64,000 nt of DNA, taken from IMG/VR virus record IMGVR_UViG_3300025897_000009. One strand, written 5' to 3'. The stretch is from a virus. Made by a program: the position numbers and the translations under genes. Position 1 is the first letter of the stretch, and each line of letters starts with the position of its first letter. Under the pieces are notes generated by a model. That model did not search any database, was not told where the DNA came from, and was given only the letters and a program-made list of their open reading frames with translations. Positions 58,139 through 64,000 of the stretch are shown piece after piece.

Positions 58139-58592
58139 GTTTCAACCTCGATGCATGTTCTATGAATAATATACCATCTAAATGATCTAGTTCGTGTTGG
58201 AAACATCTGGCAGTAATACCACCATATTTTGCTTCTTGCTTTTTGCCATGCTCATCATGGTACTCTACTTCTATTGATGCTGGTCTACTTATACTTACAA
58301 AGAGTCCTGGGAAAGATAAACACCCTTCTTCCATCATCACTCTTTCTTGTGACCATGCTCTAATAGTTGGATTGATACATATGACAGCATCTTTCTCATC
58401 TTCTGTTCTCATAACAAATGCTCGAGCAGATATGCCGACTTGATTAGCAGACAATCCTAATCCTTGTCCCTTGTACATTGTTTCTACAAGTTTGGTTTTG
58501 AGTTCTGTAGGATCTACAGGTGCATTGTCAAAATCAAAAGTTGATGTTGGTTGTCTTAATACCTTAGATGATTCTTCTACTAATTCGTACAT
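58053..58592 (-). CDS. def: Peptide deformylase
   Basis: GLGLSANQVG, EGCLS, QHELDHLDG. Confidence 0.96.
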   Translation of the reverse strand: MYELVEESSKVLRQPTSTFDFDNAPVDPTELKTKLVETMYKGQGLGLSANQVGISARAFVMRTEDEKDAVICINPTIRAWSQERVMMEEGCLSFPGLFVSISRPASIEVEYHDEHGKKQEAKYGGITARCFQHELDHLDGILFIEHASRLKLERAIKRRTKRKREQSRLIERLQNIRTA

Positions 58593-58595
58593 ATC

Positions 58596-59885
58596 TTATC
58601 CAAAAAATGATTCTAATGTGTTTCGTTCGTTATCAGCAGGGAAACCATGATAGACTAAGTAATCATCCCACTCTTGTTCATCCCACATTGATGGTGAGAT
58701 ACCATTCCATAATGGTCTCCAGTGTTCATGCTCTTTATTGTTCTTTCTTTCATAAACATACTGCTTTCTGAGTTGCTCATATTCAAAAGAACCTGCCTCT
58801 AGCATCTTCTCTCTGAAATAACAAACGATTGACATTCTTTCAAATCCATCGTCACCGATGATCTCAGTGTTTCCATGAATGCCCTCATGATTATTTATAA
58901 GCAACAAATCTCCAGGACGAATGTTGATTGCCACTCTAAATTCTGGTAGCACTAGATATCCACCTTTGAAATCCTTTCCATTAGTAAGACAACATAAATT
59001 AGAGAAACCTGAACTCAAATCGCCAGCATCTCTATGGGCAGCAGTTCTAAATGTTTTGTTCACAGTCGCAGTGGTAAACACTGTATCTGAGATTAAGAAC
59101 TTAGGATCTAGTCTGTCAGCATGTGATCTTTGTGATGCATATCTTTCTGGTAATAGATCTTGAAAATAGTTATCAAGTTTGTTTAAAAATGGAAATGCCA
59201 TCTTAAACTTCTCAGGGTTATGCTCTGTAAATGATGTGGGTCTGCAATAAGGTATTCTTGGATATCTATCAAAGAAACCTGCGATACCACTATACACTGC
59301 TTGAGCATACGATGTTTCTGAGATGTATTCACTTGCTATCTTTGTAGCATATGCATTAGCATCTTCAGGACTCATGGCTCTGAGTTTAGCAAGTATTTGA
59401 TCAAAGAATCCTTCATATTCAAAATCTGGATCATCTTTGATTTTGTTTCTCAACCAAACCATACCTCGAGTGGGTACAGAATCATCATCTTTCCACTTCT
59501 CAAGTATTTGATCAACAGGATCTTCATCAAACAATGAACTACCACCTGACATGAAGTGGTCGAGTAATTCTAGTTGACAATCTGTCACCCAGTCTCTATT
59601 ACCCTCTTTTTCACCTCTTGGTCCAGCAGCAAGACCTCTGTTGTGTGTTTGACCTGCTGCCTCAATCAGACCATTATAGCAGTCTTCCATCTCTGTAGCA
59701 GTGAACACATTCTTTCTAAATTTGAACATGATGTTTGCTTCTGATCTTTCATCAGTTAGAGTTGGTGGAGCATAAAAATCTGTATCTGATTCGACTACTA
59801 AGTCAAAGTGTGATTCATCCAGGAACTTACCTAATAGATGCTCACAATCGTGTTTACTTTTTGCTTGTATTACTTCTACTGTCAT
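58596..59885 (-). CDS. TET/JBP-family 2OG-Fe(II) dioxygenase
   Basis: SGIAGFFDR, FTT.TVN, RTAAHRDAGD (HxD), GGYLVLPE, IHGNT, RMSIVCYFR. Confidence 0.8.
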   Translation of the reverse strand: MTVEVIQAKSKHDCEHLLGKFLDESHFDLVVESDTDFYAPPTLTDERSEANIMFKFRKNVFTATEMEDCYNGLIEAAGQTHNRGLAAGPRGEKEGNRDWVTDCQLELLDHFMSGGSSLFDEDPVDQILEKWKDDDSVPTRGMVWLRNKIKDDPDFEYEGFFDQILAKLRAMSPEDANAYATKIASEYISETSYAQAVYSGIAGFFDRYPRIPYCRPTSFTEHNPEKFKMAFPFLNKLDNYFQDLLPERYASQRSHADRLDPKFLISDTVFTTATVNKTFRTAAHRDAGDLSSGFSNLCCLTNGKDFKGGYLVLPEFRVAINIRPGDLLLINNHEGIHGNTEIIGDDGFERMSIVCYFREKMLEAGSFEYEQLRKQYVYERKNNKEHEHWRPLWNGISPSMWDEQEWDDYLVYHGFPADNERNTLESFFG

Positions 59886-59891
59886 ACCTAT

Positions 59892-59920
59892 ATTGTATCC
59901 GATAATTGTGGTGTTGTAAA
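59892..59920 (-). promoter_or_regulatory. Phage promoter (TTTACA-N17-TACAAT)
   Basis: 6 nt before the TET/JBP ATG. Confidence 0.75.
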
Positions 59921-59927
59921 GTGGGTT

Positions 59928-60752
59928 TTAAAAAAAACTGTCCAAAGCATTTGCTGTTTCAACTTTAGAAGATTCATATACTGCTTTCCATTTAACTCGA
60001 ACTTCAGTTCTAGTTGTGGCACCTTGTTCAGCAACCCAAGAAGGATTGTCCTTTTCATACTGTGTCACATAATTAGGAAAGTGTTTCATTAATTGTATTT
60101 GACTTTGTTCTTGTACTGTGTTATCGCGAGACACTGAGTTACCACCACTGGTGCCATGCTTGTGATCAAATACCCAATCATGAAGCATTAGATTCTTGTG
60201 TCCTTTTTCAAACATTGCTAATAGAACATAGAAGTCTTCAAGTATCTTTGCTTGTGGGTTCTCATCTTCTAAGACAGTAAAACTTACCCCAGCATCTTGT
60301 ATCATTTTAGAGTTGATACCATAACAGGAGTAAGATCTAATAATCTCAGATCTAGATTCTTTATGTAATGTGTTAGATGATTTTGGCGATGGTCCAACCC
60401 AGAAGTAATTGTCGAGTTCTTTTTCAATTTCGATAAACATTTGGGCATATTCTGCAGCAGTTTCGAGTTTAACATGTTTAATTTTGTCACCCTCATATAC
60501 TCGTTTCATAAAGATACACTGATCGTCGATGATCATCACCTTTTCACCTAGTTCCATACAAGACTGTCTGACTCCAGGAATGAATAACTCTGCATCCCAC
60601 TCATGAACATTCATTGTTGGGTTATGCTGTTTTAAAATAGAACCTCTACCACTATGAGTTGCTACAACAACTCTTTCTTGTATCTCTTTAGGCAAATTGT
60701 TATATGCCTTTTGATTCTCTTCTCTTTTATAAGTTGGAATTACAATAATCAT
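59928..60752 (-). CDS. GT-A fold glycosyltransferase (TET-associated GT-like)
   Basis: IVIPTYKR, IIDDQ, LED, GGNS..R, terminal W; adjacent to TET/JBP. Confidence 0.75.
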   Translation of the reverse strand: MIIVIPTYKREENQKAYNNLPKEIQERVVVATHSGRGSILKQHNPTMNVHEWDAELFIPGVRQSCMELGEKVMIIDDQCIFMKRVYEGDKIKHVKLETAAEYAQMFIEIEKELDNYFWVGPSPKSSNTLHKESRSEIIRSYSCYGINSKMIQDAGVSFTVLEDENPQAKILEDFYVLLAMFEKGHKNLMLHDWVFDHKHGTSGGNSVSRDNTVQEQSQIQLMKHFPNYVTQYEKDNPSWVAEQGATTRTEVRVKWKAVYESSKVETANALDSFF

Positions 60753-61198
60753 AATTCGTATTCTCCTACATAGTCAGAGCATATGGCATGACATACTCTA
60801 CTAAATTCTTGTGACACATACTCAGGCATCACCTGTATACTTCTGCTCGTCAATTCTTTTCCTGGTTGAGTCCACATATACCCACTACTTGTGAGTGTTG
60901 TATCATCACTTTGATGAAAGAAAGTGTTAGACACTTCTGAATCCAATAACATCTTAAATGTTCTTATATCTTTCGCATGCACCCATGTGTGATCATTTAC
61001 AAGTATATCATCTGGGCAAACCTCTTGAGGATCATCATGTCCTAGATAAAATGCTCCATTGTTATTCCCTGCATCTATGTATCTAATATCGATTTCAACA
61101 TCATATCCTCTGCCCAGTGCTTCTAGAATGTAAGAGATAGTGTTTTCTCGTTCTATCTGCTTACCATCAATGTTTCCTCTATGGGCAATAAGTATCAT
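60749..61198 (-). CDS. Glycerophosphodiester phosphodiesterase-like protein
   Basis: IAHRG, ENT, VEIDI, LGHD, ICSDY. Confidence 0.8.
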   Translation of the reverse strand: MILIAHRGNIDGKQIERENTISYILEALGRGYDVEIDIRYIDAGNNNGAFYLGHDDPQEVCPDDILVNDHTWVHAKDIRTFKMLLDSEVSNTFFHQSDDTTLTSSGYMWTQPGKELTSRSIQVMPEYVSQEFSRVCHAICSDYVGEYEL

Positions 61199-61545
61199 CT
61201 TTCTATTTCGTATTTATCTCCGATTACACATGGAGTTTTTACACACATAATAGTACAATCTTCTTTAAAGTTTGGATCAACTACAAAGTCGGGATGTATA
61301 ATAAACACATCTCCTTTAACATATTCAACACCATCTATTTCAACAACACCATCAAACACATAGTTGTATTCAGTTGCCTCTTTATGATAATGCTTTTCCC
61401 AGACTTGACCTGCTGGATGCATCTTAACTGATACTTCAAAGTCATTGGTCTTGAGTAGTGAGGGTTCGAAGTTTCCTATAAACCAACCACCTGTAAAATC
61501 TTCAATGCGAAACTTTTCTATAGTTCCTCTTTTATCTTCTGTCAT
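61195..61545 (-). CDS. Cupin-fold protein
   Basis: GWFIGNFEP, HYHK..TE. Confidence 0.7.
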   Translation of the reverse strand: MTEDKRGTIEKFRIEDFTGGWFIGNFEPSLLKTNDFEVSVKMHPAGQVWEKHYHKEATEYNYVFDGVVEIDGVEYVKGDVFIIHPDFVVDPNFKEDCTIMCVKTPCVIGDKYEIER

Positions 61546-62015
61546 CCTCTTATACCCTCTGTTTGTTTTCTCATGTACATATAATTTACCCATGCTACAA
61601 ATCTATCTTTGTTATCTTTGTACCAATAGAATACTTTGCCTAGATACCTATCCATTGATCTTTCAGGTGTATAGTCTGACGATAGGGAAAGAATGTCAAA
61701 CATTTGACAGTTAGATTCTTCCTCCCAATATGTTTCACCTGTTTGATCCATTTCTGGAGAGTCTTTCCAAAATTCTGCTGCTGCTATTTTTTCACCAGTG
61801 TCATGTAATGTGAACATAGTATCTTCTTCTGTGTAATGATAATGTTCTCTAACACACCTAACTAATTCTTCTTGGTATGATCTTTCTTCTATGCGTGATT
61901 CCCAACCATCATATAGAGTCATAACTTGACTCACAATTAGTATTGGTACAGCAAACCTTGTAGTAAACTTATCCCAGAAATTTCTTAGCATTCTAACAGT
62001 TCTTTTGCTTTCCAA
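61542..62015 (-). CDS. Hypothetical protein with N-terminal TM
   Basis: Coupled ORF. Confidence 0.55.
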   Translation of the reverse strand: MESKRTVRMLRNFWDKFTTRFAVPILIVSQVMTLYDGWESRIEERSYQEELVRCVREHYHYTEEDTMFTLHDTGEKIAAAEFWKDSPEMDQTGETYWEEESNCQMFDILSLSSDYTPERSMDRYLGKVFYWYKDNKDRFVAWVNYMYMRKQTEGIRG

Positions 62016-63067
62016 CCTTGATCAGTAATGACATTTACATTACCTGCTCTTGGAGCACTTGTTTCTGAAATGATATCATTCACAACAATTCTTTTACCTT
62101 GTGAGACACCAAGTATCAAGTGGTCGTATGGTATACCCAATCTGTCTAACAGTCTTTGAGTAAACTCCCTAGATGATTCTTTACGAGCAGAAACTAGCAC
62201 GATGGTATGACCTTGAGAATCTAATTCATCCATTGATTCTATTACTCCAGGACATGCTTCATTTTGACCCTCATATAGATTAGAATATCTGTGACCATGC
62301 ATTAAAACTGTACCATCTAAGTCAATAAAGAATGTTCTTGGTTTCGCCATACGATACTCTGCCAAGTATCCTTTAAATATGTAGAAGTCTTCAGGAGTGC
62401 CCAACGACCAATACTTACCTTTGATGCCTACAGATTTGATGTTCTTGCCTTCTTTAATCAGATATGAGTATGTTTCTGATAGATAAGATTCTCTATCTTT
62501 AGGACAGTTATCGATTAGTTGCTGTGCTGAGGATAGGAAGTCTGCTCCCTTTGCCCACCAATGTAAACCCACCAGTGCCTCGTTAGAGATAGGATTCTTT
62601 TCTACTATCTCAAAGATCTTACCATTGTTATCTGATCTACAAAAAGAGTTCTTGGGATCTATAGATTTGTAAGTAAGAACTGAACCCACTACACCTTTAG
62701 ATCTAGATCGAGTAAAGAAATCTTCAGTGTCCCAATCTAAGTATTGATCACAGTTTGTTACAATCAGTTCGTCTTTAGGGTCTATCAACTCAGACGCAAG
62801 AAGTGCTGTTTCAGTAGCACCACCTGTAAGTCGATTAATCCATATGATCTCTGCTTCGGGAACAACTTGTTCAATCTCTTTCTTATACCCTTTACCAAGA
62901 TCTCTGGCAACTAATACGATCTTCCAAGATTCATCTAAGTTAAGTGAATCGATAGAATGTCTTATAAGTTTTTCACCATCAATCTCAATAAGAGGTTTGT
63001 GTACATTGAATCCTGCTTTAGTAAATCTAGAGCCAAGACCTGCCATTGGTATAACTAATGTTTTCAT
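61985..63067 (-). CDS. Sugar nucleotidyltransferase fused to HAD phosphatase
   Basis: IPMAGLGSRF...KPLI, NCDQ, EK, LGTPED; C-terminal IDLDGTV, SAR. Confidence 0.85.
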   Translation of the reverse strand: MKTLVIPMAGLGSRFTKAGFNVHKPLIEIDGEKLIRHSIDSLNLDESWKIVLVARDLGKGYKKEIEQVVPEAEIIWINRLTGGATETALLASELIDPKDELIVTNCDQYLDWDTEDFFTRSRSKGVVGSVLTYKSIDPKNSFCRSDNNGKIFEIVEKNPISNEALVGLHWWAKGADFLSSAQQLIDNCPKDRESYLSETYSYLIKEGKNIKSVGIKGKYWSLGTPEDFYIFKGYLAEYRMAKPRTFFIDLDGTVLMHGHRYSNLYEGQNEACPGVIESMDELDSQGHTIVLVSARKESSREFTQRLLDRLGIPYDHLILGVSQGKRIVVNDIISETSAPRAGNVNVITDQGWKAKELLEC

Positions 63068-63073
63068 AGTTCT

Positions 63074-63103
63074 ATTGTATCGTTAATTGTATTGTGTTGT
63101 AAA
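63074..63103 (-). promoter_or_regulatory. Phage promoter (TTTACA-N18-TACAAT)
   Basis: 6 nt before the nucleotidyltransferase ATG. Confidence 0.7.
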
Positions 63104-63110
63104 GTGGGTT

Positions 63111-64000
63111 TTAAGAAATAGTAGAGAAATTTTTATCTTTTTTAAATCGTATAACATTATCAAACTTCTCATATAGAATCTCACCTTTATGTGAAATGAC
63201 AAAGGTGTTTTGATTCTCTGTCAAGTTTCTTATGATATTTAGAAACTCTTCAGTACCTGCCTCGTCTAATGATGAATCCATGATCTCATCTAAGACTAAG
63301 ATGTTTGTGTTAACACTGTTTCTTAACTTAGCAATAGATCTCCAAGTAAAGAGTAGTGCCAAGTCAATACGCATCTTCTCACCCTCAGAAAAGTTAGCAT
63401 ACTTGAACTCATCTCTAAATCTGGATTTGATTGTTTCTTTAAACTCTTCATCTAAATGAAAGTCTACAAAGAACTCCATGCTTGCCAAGTATTTGTTTAT
63501 GAGTTTGTTCATGATAGGTAAGAACTGTCGAATGACTCGTGTTCTGATACCTGAATCTGTCAATACTTTCATTGCTGTATCATAATAGAACTCTGTATCA
63601 GTAAGATCTTCTCTGTTCTTTTCGTAAGATTGAAGTTTCTGCTCACTCTCTTTTAACTTTTCTTCATAGTTAGTAGAGTCTTCACTTTCTTTTTGTAGTG
63701 CAGCAATCTCTTGTTCTATCTTTTTAACATACTTTTGATTTGAGATAACTTCAGATTGTAGAACAGCAATTTCATTTTGAATTGTTTGTATCTCACTTTG
63801 AATAACACTGATCTCTTCTAGTCTGTCATTGTAATCTTTTACCTTTAGATCTAGATCCCACAACCCTTGCTCAAGTTCCGAGATCTTATCAGTTCTTTCT
63901 TTGTTGTGTTCTTTTTTATGGTTTTCATCAATGCCTTGTTTACAAGTTGGGCAGTTGTCATTGTTTTCTAAAAACTCCATCTCTTTGCGTATCTTTTTAC
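63111..64000 (-). CDS. 46: Recombination endonuclease ATPase subunit (gp46, Rad50/SbcC-like), 5' part outside window
   Basis: CPTC zinc hook, coiled coil, FSEGEKMRIDLA, LDE, ISH. Confidence 0.95.
   Translation of the reverse strand, partial: KKIRKEMEFLENNDNCPTCKQGIDENHKKEHNKERTDKISELEQGLWDLDLKVKDYNDRLEEISVIQSEIQTIQNEIAVLQSEVISNQKYVKKIEQEIAALQKESEDSTNYEEKLKESEQKLQSYEKNREDLTDTEFYYDTAMKVLTDSGIRTRVIRQFLPIMNKLINKYLASMEFFVDFHLDEEFKETIKSRFRDEFKYANFSEGEKMRIDLALLFTWRSIAKLRNSVNTNILVLDEIMDSSLDEAGTEEFLNIIRNLTENQNTFVISHKGEILYEKFDNVIRFKKDKNFSTIS

Overview
About 64 kb of a T4-like (myovirus) bacteriophage genome, AT-rich (roughly 35% GC by eye), with essentially all genes on the minus strand. Gene content resembles aquatic/marine T4-like phages of heterotrophic Proteobacteria; the host cannot be fixed from this window. 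Core replication and recombination genes: nrdA, nrdB, glutaredoxin, gp61 primase, gp41 helicase, uvsX, gp43 polymerase, regA, gp62, gp44, gp45, gp46 (partial) and a RuvC-like resolvase. There are also three tRNAs, lysis functions (SleB-like hydrolase, lysozyme, spanin-like pair), hsp20, peroxiredoxin, IscA, peptide deformylase and many 2OG-Fe(II) oxygenase, sulfotransferase-like and SDR-like accessory genes. Highlights: (1) a roughly 8 kb curli-like trans-envelope module (CsgF, CsgG, two curlin-like proteins, FecR-domain protein, lipoprotein, CHASE2 adenylate cyclase); (2) inside it, an unannotated candidate programmed -1 frameshift (G GGA AAG, 6-nt spacer, long hairpin) extending the lipoprotein by 51 aa; (3) a TET/JBP dioxygenase plus glycosyltransferase plus nucleotide-sugar enzyme cluster, with a window-wide depletion of AGCT and RGCSB words that also shows in the tRNAs; (4) a 13-copy promoter family and T4 late promoters positioned to give leaderless mRNAs; (5) a cluster of ORFs with T4 capsid-targeting-like N-termini; (6) two candidate structured RNAs. 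All assignments come from motif recognition by eye; no searches were run.
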